Source: Chthoniobacteraceae bacterium (lineage in GTDB: Bacteria; Verrucomicrobiota; Verrucomicrobiia; Chthoniobacterales; Chthoniobacteraceae). Taken from it: DNA of 64,000 nt. The DNA is taken from NCBI GenBank assembly GCA_031409655.1, contig JANNXQ010000032.1, positions 35,984 to 99,983 of the forward strand, written 5' to 3'. The notes below the pieces were generated by a model, which ran no database searches, was not told the DNA's origin, and worked only from the letters and a program-made list of their open reading frames with translations. Positions 1-8,696 of the stretch are shown piece by piece. Numbering within the stretch: position 1 is the first letter of the stretch; every line of letters starts with the position of its first letter. Made by a program: the position numbers and the translations under genes.

Positions 1-381
1 GTCTTCCCCACCGCGGCAGCGCTGGCGGGCGCGAAAATCCCGGAGTCCGTGCGGCTCGACGGGGTCAATCTTCTCCCGCACCTCACTGGGGAAAAATCCG
101 CCGCCCCGCATGAGCGTCTCTTCTGGCGCACCGGCGGCGGGGCTTCCTGGGCGATGCGCGAAGGCCGCTACAAGCTCGTGCGTTTCGCGAAGCAGCCGGA
201 CCAGCTCTTCGACCTCGAAGCGGATCTCGCGGAGAGCAAAGATCTCGCGGCGGAAAAACCGGAGATCGTCGCGCGCCTGAAAGTCCCGCTCGAAGCCTGG
301 AACGCCGAGCTCATCGCCCCGATTTTCGAAAGCCCGCGCGCGAACAAGCCGGCACGGAAGCGCGAGCCCGCAAAGCTGTAG
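1..381 (+). CDS. Sulfatase-family protein, C-terminal part (5'-truncated by window)
   Basis: Frame 1 is open from base 1: VFPTAAALAG...LDGVNLLP...AMREGRYKLV...QLFDLEADLAESKDLA, the typical sulfatase C-terminal pattern. Confidence 0.85.
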   Translation, partial: VFPTAAALAGAKIPESVRLDGVNLLPHLTGEKSAAPHERLFWRTGGGASWAMREGRYKLVRFAKQPDQLFDLEADLAESKDLAAEKPEIVARLKVPLEAWNAELIAPIFESPRANKPARKREPAKL

Positions 382-414
382 CGCGTTGCACCACTCGCCC
401 TGGCGCGGCCAGCG

Positions 415-1722
415 TTAGACAGCGGGAAACTCCGCGCGATTGCGCCAGAGATAAAGCAGGCGCCGGGAGGAATTCGGATGCGTGGATCCGCGATCGTTGA
501 TCTCTTCCTCAAGCGCAAAGAGGATGCGATCCGGCTGGCTCTCCACGAGCCCCGTGAGGGCCTCCATCTCGCGCAGCCCCAGACCGCCGGGCCGGCTCAG
601 GAGATCGCGGATGGGGATGGGGATCTTCGCCACTCCACGCAAGGCACGCATCCGGCCGATCGTCTCTTCCAGGGCATCGTCATCCGCGTCGCCGCTTTTG
701 AAGATGAAATTGTAGAAGCCGCGGAGCGACGAAGTTTCATGCTCCGCGAGCCGGCGCTGGATGCCCTGCTCCAACTGCGCGCGGGCCTGCTCCGCATCGA
801 CGCTGCCAAAGGGCAGCGCGTCTTCGTAAGTCTGGAGCAGATCCTTGATCGGTACATGCGCGTGCTCGCGTTTGGCCTCCATGACGCGCAGGAGCAGGGC
901 GGCGCGGGCTTCCTGCTCGAGTCCGATTTTCAGGTCGCAGGTCAGGGCCGGGAGCAGACCCGCGGCGCGGGCGCCGTGATCGTCGCAGAGGAATTCCACG
1001 AGCCGGATCTGGGTCGTCCAGGTGGAGTAACCGACCCAGCGCGCAAAGCCGAGGGCGAGGAGCGGCGCGCCGAGGAGCAGATCCGTGCCGCGCAGGAAAT
1101 GCGAGAGGACGAGCGTGAGCACGCCGGCCAGGAGCGCATGGATGAGGAGACAGCGGCTGGCGATTGGCGAGTAGGGAAAGACGTGGCCGAGTTCATGACC
1201 GATGACGGCCTCGAGTTCCTTTTCATCGAGCAGATGCACGATGGAGCGGTTGAGTTGCACGCTGTTGAAGATCCGCCAGCCGGGGAGCAACTCCAGCCGG
1301 AGGGCGTAGGCGTTCACATCTTTCTCGCGGGCGAGGTAGACCCGCACGCGGTGGCCCGCGAGGCCGAGTCGCTCCTGCACGCGTGCTGTCGCCGCGAGCA
1401 ACGAGTCGCGCGTATGGCGGCCAAACCGCGCGTCGGCCCGCACGGCTTCGAGCGGTTTCCGATTCGTAAAAAACTGCGCGACGACGAAGTCAAACATCCC
1501 GAGGAAGGCCGCGAGAAAGAGCGCCGCGGACTGCCATCCCGGCAGATGCTCCAGCTGCGCCGACCACCAGGCGAGGCCGCCCAGAATGCCCGCCACTTGG
1601 CAGACGATCACGGATAGGGAGCGCCGCTCGTGCGCCCGGAAGCTCGCGAGCAGGGTCTCGCGGGTCGGCGTCGCGAGCCGCCGCGGCTCCGAGAGCGGGT
1701 GCGCGGCTTCGGAGGACATCAT
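415..1722 (-). CDS. M48 (HtpX/Ste24-like) membrane zinc metalloprotease
   Basis: VNAYA, ELEAVIGHELGH (HExxH), downstream EFLCD and C-terminal THP..RR motifs; several TM segments. Confidence 0.85.
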   Translation of the reverse strand: MMSSEAAHPLSEPRRLATPTRETLLASFRAHERRSLSVIVCQVAGILGGLAWWSAQLEHLPGWQSAALFLAAFLGMFDFVVAQFFTNRKPLEAVRADARFGRHTRDSLLAATARVQERLGLAGHRVRVYLAREKDVNAYALRLELLPGWRIFNSVQLNRSIVHLLDEKELEAVIGHELGHVFPYSPIASRCLLIHALLAGVLTLVLSHFLRGTDLLLGAPLLALGFARWVGYSTWTTQIRLVEFLCDDHGARAAGLLPALTCDLKIGLEQEARAALLLRVMEAKREHAHVPIKDLLQTYEDALPFGSVDAEQARAQLEQGIQRRLAEHETSSLRGFYNFIFKSGDADDDALEETIGRMRALRGVAKIPIPIRDLLSRPGGLGLREMEALTGLVESQPDRILFALEEEINDRGSTHPNSSRRLLYLWRNRAEFPAV

Positions 1723-1728
1723 CGCGCT

Positions 1729-2421
1729 TTAGGTGATGGTCTGAAAGAGCCCGCGGATCATGCCTACCGAAGGCCGCGCCCGCGTTTGATAGATGAGCTT
1801 ACCCGGGCCCGTGAAGCGCACGACGAAACCTTCCCCCGAGAAGAAGGAATCCTTGAGCGACTTCGTCAGCACGACGGATTCGTAAGCCAAGGTCTGGGAG
1901 AAGGCGACGATGTTGCGATTATCGAGCACGAAGCGCTCGCCTTCGGCCAAGGTCTCCTCGATGACGCCGCCGTAGCTCGAGAGGAAGAGCGTCCCGACGC
2001 CATCGGTCTTCAGGAAAAAGAGGCCGCGCGTGGCGAGGAGGCCCTTCAGGCCGGCGTAGTGCAGCTTAAACCCGAGATCCGGCGTGCAAGCGAGGAAGGC
2101 CCCGGGTGCCAGCAGGAGGCCACCTTCCGCCGCCACCTCCACGATCCGGATCTCCCCCATCTGCGCGGGCGCGAGCATGAGGTGCTGGGCGTCGCGTTTT
2201 GCCTGATAGACGACACTGAAAAGACTCTCCCCGCCAAAGACGCTGCGCATCCCGCCAAAGACCCCGCGCTTTTCTCCCCGCTGCAAGCCGAGCTTCACCT
2301 CGATGTGAAAGCCGGGGGTCATCGCTTGCATGGCCCCGGGTTGCGCGAGGATGGATTCGCCCTCGCTCATATCGAGGCGCAGGGTGGAGAAGGCAGGTGC
2401 GTGGAGGACTTGGTGCCGCAT
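1729..2421 (-). CDS. AIM24 / TIGR00266 family protein
   Basis: GESILAQPGAM, GGESLF, GAFLA, G.GTLFLSSYG, FSGEGFVVRFTGPGKLIYQTR motifs. Confidence 0.9.
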   Translation of the reverse strand: MRHQVLHAPAFSTLRLDMSEGESILAQPGAMQAMTPGFHIEVKLGLQRGEKRGVFGGMRSVFGGESLFSVVYQAKRDAQHLMLAPAQMGEIRIVEVAAEGGLLLAPGAFLACTPDLGFKLHYAGLKGLLATRGLFFLKTDGVGTLFLSSYGGVIEETLAEGERFVLDNRNIVAFSQTLAYESVVLTKSLKDSFFSGEGFVVRFTGPGKLIYQTRARPSVGMIRGLFQTIT

Positions 2422-2504
2422 GGATCAAGCCCGAGGGCACACGAAGTATGCTGCGGCGCGAAGGAAAAACTGCGGACGCTCCCGGAGCGCCAGAAAGCAG
2501 CGTC

Positions 2505-2738
2505 TCAGATTTCCGAGTCCGCCTGACCGCTCATCTTCTTCCGCATGACGTAGCCGATGAAGGCGATGAGGAGCATGATGCCGAGGAAGATGAAGAGGGC
2601 GACCATTCGGCTCACCCCCAAGGCATCCTGAATGAAGGTGATGCAGATGTCATAGATGACGATCTGAATGAACCAGCGAACGATGCCGCCGAAGCCGCCG
2701 CGCGCGGCCAGGATGGGGGGATAAGTGAGACGGTCCAT
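2505..2738 (-). CDS. Small membrane protein (2 hydrophobic segments)
   Basis: ATG at 2738; host-like codons; hydrophobic stretches followed by RKK. Confidence 0.65.
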   Translation of the reverse strand: MDRLTYPPILAARGGFGGIVRWFIQIVIYDICITFIQDALGVSRMVALFIFLGIMLLIAFIGYVMRKKMSGQADSEI

Positions 2739-2911
2739 AGATCCTCCGAAGGCTCTGCTTTCGTTGGCGGCCGACAAGCAAAAAGTGCTGATTTCGCGGA
2801 TAGCTTCACGGCACAGACTTCGCTAACCATGCCTCTTCGAGTCCGTGATTTGGGAGATGTCGGCGCACCGCGTGTTCCAGGGATCGGCCGTTCCACGTCC
2901 ATGCACTTGAG

Positions 2912-5011
2912 ATGAAAACCGAGATCACGCGCTTCTGCGAAGGATGCCTCGCGGCCATCGCACCTCTCGGTTCTGCTTTGGCGGACACGGCGGAGCAGCT
3001 CGGGACGCGCCCAGATCTCGGCGGCGCGCGCGGGACCGTTGCCGAGTTGCAGACGCGGTTGCGCTCGCTCTCCGAGAAACTCGCGAATCAAAACACGCAC
3101 CTCCTCATTTTCGGCCCGCTGAAGAGCGGCAAATCGACGCTCATGAACGCCATCAGCGGCGCCTATGTGAGCGAGGTGACGTCCCTGCCGGGCTACCCCG
3201 CGCTGGTCTTTGTGCAGCATGCGCCGGAGCCGTCTTTCTCCGCGACGCGCTTCAATGGGCGCGAATCCACCTTCCCTGATGCGCGCGTGCTCAAAGGGGT
3301 GATCGAAGACGGCCACCTCGCCCTGGCCGAACAGCTCCGGGCGGCCGAGGCGCGCGGGGCGGACTTTGATCCGCGACGGGACTTTGCGGAGGCCATCCGG
3401 CGCATCGATGTGAAGCTGCCGATCGAGAGCCTCGCGGAATCCAGCACCGTGCTCGTGGATACTCCCGGACTCTATAGCCGGATGAATTTTGGCTACGATG
3501 TGCTGACCCGGGAGTTTCGCGACACCGCGGCGTGCGCGGTCTTCGTGGTCAAGACGGACAATCTTTTCCTGGAGCAGGTCTTCGCCGAGTTCAATCAACT
3601 GCTCGACCTTTTCAGCCGCATCTTCCTGGTGGTGAATGTGGACTCGGGAAAGCGCGATCTGCAGCCGGATGGGTCGCTGCTGCCGAGCGCCGAAAGCGAG
3701 AGCCCGGAGCGGGTCATCGAGGCTTTCAAGACCCTCTCGATGGCCGGGCCAGTGCGGCGGGCGCAGGAGGAAGGGCGGGTGCGCATCCACGCTATCGATC
3801 TCCTGCACGCCGCGGCCGCGCGGCTCACGAGCGCCGCCGCGACGGCGGCGGCTCCGGAGGTGGGGAACAGCGCGGCCTTCGAGGCCTTTCTGCGCGATCT
3901 CACGGACTATCTAAATGGCAGCACCTACACGCGCGAATTCATCCGCGACAGCCTGCGGCAATGCGAGACGCTGGGTGCGGACGTGAACGCGCTCGTCGCC
4001 GGGCCGGAGGTGAGTGCGCTGCATAAAAAGCAGGACGCCATCGCCGCCGAGATCGCCCGGCTGGATGAGCGCATCGCCGCCTACGATCGCCTGCTGAAGC
4101 TGGACTGGCGCGCCACTTTCACCGACGCCCGCGTCGATAATGCGCGCCGCAGCGCCACTGCCGCGCAAGCTGCCTCCGGCGAGCTTGGCCGGAAGATGCT
4201 GGAAGCACTCGATCGCTGGTACGCCTCCAGCGACAGCCTCAAATCACTCGAGAAACAGTATTGGAATCCCTTGCTCAGCAAAGCCTGTGGGGTCGCCAGC
4301 GAAGACACCGTGAAGCACCTCCGCCGCGCCCTCGCCGGCCCCCTGGGCGGCGCAGCCCCGGGTCCCGAGACTTTGCAGGACCTGCGCACCCTCGGCGTCG
4401 AACTCGGCGCGAGCGCCGCGGCCGCGCTGACCAGTTTGAAGGCCAAGGATGCCGAGCCCTTCCGCATCTCCGTGAAGTCCGACTCCGTGCCCGTGCGGCG
4501 GCTCGCCGCGGATTGGCTGAGCTTCCGCGGTGCCGCGGCCGTGGCGGACCACCTCTTCGGCGAAGACCGCACCCGGGAGATCGCGGCCTGGGTGAAAGAG
4601 CAGCGCCTGCCGGCTTCGAGTCGCGCCGCATTCCTCGGCCTCATCGAATCGACGGTCAGCGACAAATTCCCGGAAGCCCCAGCGAGATCCGCTTCGTTCC
4701 TGCTGGAACACTACATCGAAAAATTCTCCGAGAACGTGACCGCAGGCCTCGAGAAGGGGCTCGCCAAGGACGTCCGGCTGCGTGCTGAACGACAGGGGCC
4801 GAACGAGCAGAACGCGCAGGTCGTGGCGAGCCTGCGGCAACTGCTCGCGCAGGCCGCCAGGGTCCGGGCCGAAATCGCCCAGATCGCCAAACAGGAAGCC
4901 GCGCGCCCGTCCCCTCCAACGCCACCCAAGTCCGGGGCGAAACGTGAGGATTCCTTGCGTGCCGACAGTTTTTTCTCCAACGATGTATCCGCACCGCCTC
5001 CCCGCACGTAG
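2912..5011 (+). CDS. Dynamin-like (BDLP/DLP) GTPase
   Basis: G1 GPLKSGKST..NA, G3 LVDTPG, dynamin_N-like spacing, long helical C-terminal stalk. Confidence 0.8.
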   Translation: MKTEITRFCEGCLAAIAPLGSALADTAEQLGTRPDLGGARGTVAELQTRLRSLSEKLANQNTHLLIFGPLKSGKSTLMNAISGAYVSEVTSLPGYPALVFVQHAPEPSFSATRFNGRESTFPDARVLKGVIEDGHLALAEQLRAAEARGADFDPRRDFAEAIRRIDVKLPIESLAESSTVLVDTPGLYSRMNFGYDVLTREFRDTAACAVFVVKTDNLFLEQVFAEFNQLLDLFSRIFLVVNVDSGKRDLQPDGSLLPSAESESPERVIEAFKTLSMAGPVRRAQEEGRVRIHAIDLLHAAAARLTSAAATAAAPEVGNSAAFEAFLRDLTDYLNGSTYTREFIRDSLRQCETLGADVNALVAGPEVSALHKKQDAIAAEIARLDERIAAYDRLLKLDWRATFTDARVDNARRSATAAQAASGELGRKMLEALDRWYASSDSLKSLEKQYWNPLLSKACGVASEDTVKHLRRALAGPLGGAAPGPETLQDLRTLGVELGASAAAALTSLKAKDAEPFRISVKSDSVPVRRLAADWLSFRGAAAVADHLFGEDRTREIAAWVKEQRLPASSRAAFLGLIESTVSDKFPEAPARSASFLLEHYIEKFSENVTAGLEKGLAKDVRLRAERQGPNEQNAQVVASLRQLLAQAARVRAEIAQIAKQEAARPSPPTPPKSGAKREDSLRADSFFSNDVSAPPPRT

Positions 5012-5052
5012 TGCCCCCCAACCAGTAAGTTTCATCCATATACTTTTGCACC

Positions 5053-5628
5053 ATGATTAACGAAACCCTTCAGGAACAAGCCGCCATCTACGTCTCGGGC
5101 GCAATGACGGCACCGGAACGCGAACAATTCGAACTCGTCCTGGAGTTTCATGAGGAACTGCGGAGTTTCGCAGGCCAACTCTCCGAGGTCGGGGCGGCGG
5201 TGTCGGCCTCCCGCACCCGGGCCGGAGCTGCCGGACCGTCGGCTGCGCTCAAGACCCGCGTGCTCGCGGCGATCGCTGATCGCCCGCAGCAGACAACTCC
5301 CGAAGGCATGGTGATGACGGGCCCGGACGGTCTGGTCCAGTGGGTGAACTCTGCTTTCAGCAAGATGTGCGGCTACAGCCTCGAGGAGTTGCGCGGGAAA
5401 AAGCCCGGCAGCATTCTTCAGGGTGAAAAGACGGACCTCGGCACTGCGGATCGGATGCGGAGCGCAGTGCATGAGTGCCGCCCCTGCCACGAGACGATCC
5501 TGAACTACCACAAGAACGGCACCCCCTACTGGGTCGAGATCGCCATCACGCCGATCTTCGACGACGCCGGACAGCCACTCTGGATCGTGGCCCGCGAACG
5601 CGAGATCAAGGACCGCATCGCGGCGTAA
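5053..5628 (+). CDS. Anti-sigma-domain-like N-terminus fused to a PAS (LOV-like, Cys-less) domain
   Basis: N-term AAIYVSGAMTAPEREQFE...PSAALKTRVLAAI; C-term WVNSAFSKMCGYSLEELRGKKPGSILQG...NYHKNGTPYWVEIAITPI. Confidence 0.8.
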   Translation: MINETLQEQAAIYVSGAMTAPEREQFELVLEFHEELRSFAGQLSEVGAAVSASRTRAGAAGPSAALKTRVLAAIADRPQQTTPEGMVMTGPDGLVQWVNSAFSKMCGYSLEELRGKKPGSILQGEKTDLGTADRMRSAVHECRPCHETILNYHKNGTPYWVEIAITPIFDDAGQPLWIVAREREIKDRIAA

Positions 5629-5643
5629 TCTCAGCCTCCGCAG

Positions 5644-5997
5644 CTACTCAAAGTAAGTGTCTTCGTGGGAGTAGGGCGGGGCGCAGCAGCAGAGGAAACG
5701 CAACGCCTCACGGGCGGCGATGGTGTGCCGGGCTCCGGCGGGAATGAGCACGCAGTCACCGGGCCCGACGGCGCGGGACTCGCCGTCGATCTCCACGTCG
5801 CCAGCGCCTTCGAGGATGAAATAAAACTCCTCGGCCAGCTTGTGAAAGTGCCGCTGGGTGGCTGAACCCGCCGGCACTCGAGCTTCCGCCAGGCTTTGCA
5901 ACTGCACGGGGGCATTCGTGCGATCGAGAATGCTCCGGATGGTCGAGCCATCCTTCGAGGTGAACGGCTTTTGGTTGGCGAGGTTTTGCACGGTCAT
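5644..5997 (-). CDS. Cupin-domain protein
   Basis: HFH...EEFYFILEG and GDCVLIPAGARHTI cupin motifs; start taken at ATG 5997. Confidence 0.9.
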   Translation of the reverse strand: MTVQNLANQKPFTSKDGSTIRSILDRTNAPVQLQSLAEARVPAGSATQRHFHKLAEEFYFILEGAGDVEIDGESRAVGPGDCVLIPAGARHTIAAREALRFLCCCAPPYSHEDTYFE

Positions 5998-6103
5998 GGC
6001 GGGATGATGGAATAGGCGTTGCCAAACGCCCCGGCCAGTCTTGTTCACCGATCACTCTCGCCACCTCTTGCATCTCCTCGCCCGGATCGCCCATCCTCCG
6101 CCC

Positions 6104-6961
6104 ATGCACTTCTTCCACGGCTGCACTGCTCTCATCACTGGCGCCTCGTCGGGCTTCGGCGCGGAATTCGCGCGGCAGCTTGCGCCCCACGCGCGCTCGC
6201 TCATCCTCGTCGCGCGGCGGCTGGATCGGCTCGAGGAGATCAAGCGCCAACTGGATCGCCCCGGGCTCACCATTCACTGCCACTCCGCGGACCTCGCCGA
6301 CGAAGTGCAGGTCGAGGCCTTCCTCGCCTCGCTCATGGCCAGCGGCGAACGCGTCACCCTGCTCATCAACAACGCCGGACTCGGCGACCATGGCTACTTT
6401 GAAAATAGCGAGTGGTCGCGGGTCAAGCGGATGCTCGACGTGAACATCCACGCGCTCACGCGGCTCACCCATGCGCTGCTCCCCGAGCTCGTCCGCACCG
6501 GGCGGGGGGCCATCTTGAATTTGAGCTCCATCGCGAGTCTCGTCCCGGTGCCAAAGCTCAGCGTCTATTCCGCCGCGAAGGCTTATGTGACGAGCTTCTC
6601 CGAAGGCTTGCGCGCGGAATTGCGCGGCACGGGCGTCTCCGTTACGGCGCTTTGTCCGGGGCCGGTGGATACGGAGTTTTTCGACATCGCCGAACGCGGC
6701 TCGCCGGAGGACTCCGCACCCGCGCCCGCCATCCTGAAGATCTCCATGGAGGAAGTCGTGAGCACGGGGCTGAAAGCGGTGGCCCGCGACCGCGCGCGAG
6801 TGATCCCCGGCTGGCTGGTCTGGTTCACGATGTCGGCCGCGGCCCTGGTCCCCATTTTCATCCTGCGTCTCTTCCTGGCCAAGCGGCGTAACACCGTTGA
6901 AGCAACTCGCGTGCTTTTCGCTAGTCACTCCCCCGGCGACCCTCGAAGCTCCCGCCCATGA
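6104..6961 (+). CDS. Short-chain dehydrogenase/reductase (SDR)
   Basis: TGASSGFG, NNAG, SS..., YSAAK, PGPVDT. Confidence 0.95.
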   Translation: MHFFHGCTALITGASSGFGAEFARQLAPHARSLILVARRLDRLEEIKRQLDRPGLTIHCHSADLADEVQVEAFLASLMASGERVTLLINNAGLGDHGYFENSEWSRVKRMLDVNIHALTRLTHALLPELVRTGRGAILNLSSIASLVPVPKLSVYSAAKAYVTSFSEGLRAELRGTGVSVTALCPGPVDTEFFDIAERGSPEDSAPAPAILKISMEEVVSTGLKAVARDRARVIPGWLVWFTMSAAALVPIFILRLFLAKRRNTVEATRVLFASHSPGDPRSSRP

Positions 6962-7278
6962 TCGATAACGTCCGCCTCTTCTACTTTGTCTTCGGCCTCA
7001 TCACCCTCGTGGGAGGAGTCCAGGGATTCCTCACTGGGAGCAAAGCGTCGCTCATCGCAGGTGGGATCTCCGGCTTCCTGCTGCTCGTCGCGGGCTGGCT
7101 GGTCCAGACCGGGAAGACGATGCCTGGGCTGATTCTCGGGCTCGTCATCACGTTCGCTTTGGCGGGAAGATTCCTGCCGTTGTTCCTGAAAAAGGGCGAC
7201 TGGTGGCCCGCAGGCGTCGAGGGAATCCTCGGCCTGATCGGCGTGGTTCTGACCGTGGTCGCGCTGATCAAGCGCTAG
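6958..7278 (+). CDS. TMEM14-family membrane protein
   Basis: GG.QGF..GSKASLIAG motif, 4 TM segments; ATGA overlap with the SDR stop. Confidence 0.85.
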   Translation: MIDNVRLFYFVFGLITLVGGVQGFLTGSKASLIAGGISGFLLLVAGWLVQTGKTMPGLILGLVITFALAGRFLPLFLKKGDWWPAGVEGILGLIGVVLTVVALIKR

Positions 7279-7292
7279 TTGCTTCTTTGGAA

Positions 7293-8630
7293 ATGCGCGG
7301 GCGACTTCGTTTCCCAGGTTGGCCGCTCGCGGCCGCGCTCCTCGCGCTCATCCCAGTGGCGTGCCGCAAACCCGCGCCGCCGGTGATCGAAGTCCCCGCG
7401 ACTCCCACGCCGAGGCTGGCGGCGCTCCCCACGCCCACCCCACCTCCGCCGGCCACACCGCCCCCGGAGCCAACCCCGCCTCCGCCACCTTATGTCCCGG
7501 CAAAGCGGCTCGAAGTCGGAAAGATCTTCAACGGGATCCAGTATCACGTGACCCTCGAAACAGAACGCGGAGGCACCGCCACTGCCGAGCGCGAAGATCC
7601 CGCCAGCTACGTGGCCGAGCTCACGCTCAAGGTAAAGGTGCCCAAGGCGCACCATTCCCTCGAGGATCTCACGAAGCTCAACGATCAGCTCGCCACGCTC
7701 CTCCCCGGTCTCCCGGCGATGCTCGAGAAAGCGAATGTGTCGCCGACTTTCGAGGACTTGTATCGTCGCAAATGCGCCCAACTCCGCTCCAGCATCAACC
7801 GCCTCGACGCGGTCCTCTCCCGCCACAATTTCTTCGACTGCGAGACCGTCCTCGAACTGCAGCATCCGCAGACGAAGCGCCGGGCTCTGCTCATCCAGGC
7901 GGACATGGATACCGACATGGATGGCTCCGATCCCGACCGCGTGCCGGAGATCGATGGCTCCTCCGCGACTTTCCAGCCGATGACCAGCTATCGCTGGCCG
8001 AAGAAAAGCACCACGGTGAACTCCTTCGTCCCGCCCCTCGAGGCGAAGATCAAACAATACGAGGAGGAACTCGCCCAAGCGTCGACGAGTGCGGCCCGGA
8101 AGGCTTTCCTCAAGTCTGAACGCGACGACGCGCGGGTGCGGATCGCCGACTTGAAATCCGGGAGCTTCCTCGTCGCGAAGTTGGATCCCTTCATCGTGCT
8201 GCCAACGCCGATGTTGACGAAATCGGGCGCCTTTGCGCCGTCGATCGGGGACTACTGCCTCGTCATCCACGGAGGAAAGCTCTTCCCCGCCATCGTCGGC
8301 GACGCCGGCCCGACGACGAAAATGGGCGAGGCCTCGCTCCGCATCTGCAAGGAAATCGAGCCGAAAGCCGGTGCCGAACAGCGCGCGGAGAATGACCTCA
8401 AGGTGACGTATCTCGTCTTTCCCGGCAGCCGCGAAAAACCGTTCGGCCCGCCCAATCTCGACCAATGGCGGAGTCGCTGCGAAGCGCTCCTGACAGAGTT
8501 TGGCGGTTACGGAGGCGAGCTCGCAAAATGGGAGTCCCCGGTGAAGCCCGCCCCGCCCGCAACCCCCGCACCAGCGTCGCCGGCGCCGACCCCACCAGTG
8601 CCGGAGACCAAACCTGCGCCGACACCATAG
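7293..8630 (+). CDS. Glycoside hydrolase family 75 (chitosanase-like) lipoprotein
   Basis: ADMDTDMDGS, PFIVLP, GD...IVGDAGP..KMGEASL; lipobox-like IPVAC; Pro/Thr-rich linkers. Confidence 0.8.
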   Translation: MRGRLRFPGWPLAAALLALIPVACRKPAPPVIEVPATPTPRLAALPTPTPPPPATPPPEPTPPPPPYVPAKRLEVGKIFNGIQYHVTLETERGGTATAEREDPASYVAELTLKVKVPKAHHSLEDLTKLNDQLATLLPGLPAMLEKANVSPTFEDLYRRKCAQLRSSINRLDAVLSRHNFFDCETVLELQHPQTKRRALLIQADMDTDMDGSDPDRVPEIDGSSATFQPMTSYRWPKKSTTVNSFVPPLEAKIKQYEEELAQASTSAARKAFLKSERDDARVRIADLKSGSFLVAKLDPFIVLPTPMLTKSGAFAPSIGDYCLVIHGGKLFPAIVGDAGPTTKMGEASLRICKEIEPKAGAEQRAENDLKVTYLVFPGSREKPFGPPNLDQWRSRCEALLTEFGGYGGELAKWESPVKPAPPATPAPASPAPTPPVPETKPAPTP

Positions 8631-8696
8631 GCGAAGCGTCGCCGGGGCGTTTTCCCGCTTGCCCGCGCGGGCGCGGCCCGCTGTCTTCACCTGGCA

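Noticed and set aside
5300..5620. Canonical LOV blue-light photoreceptor
   Set aside because: The photoactive Cys motif GxNCRFLQ is absent and the second Asn and signalling Gln positions appear substituted
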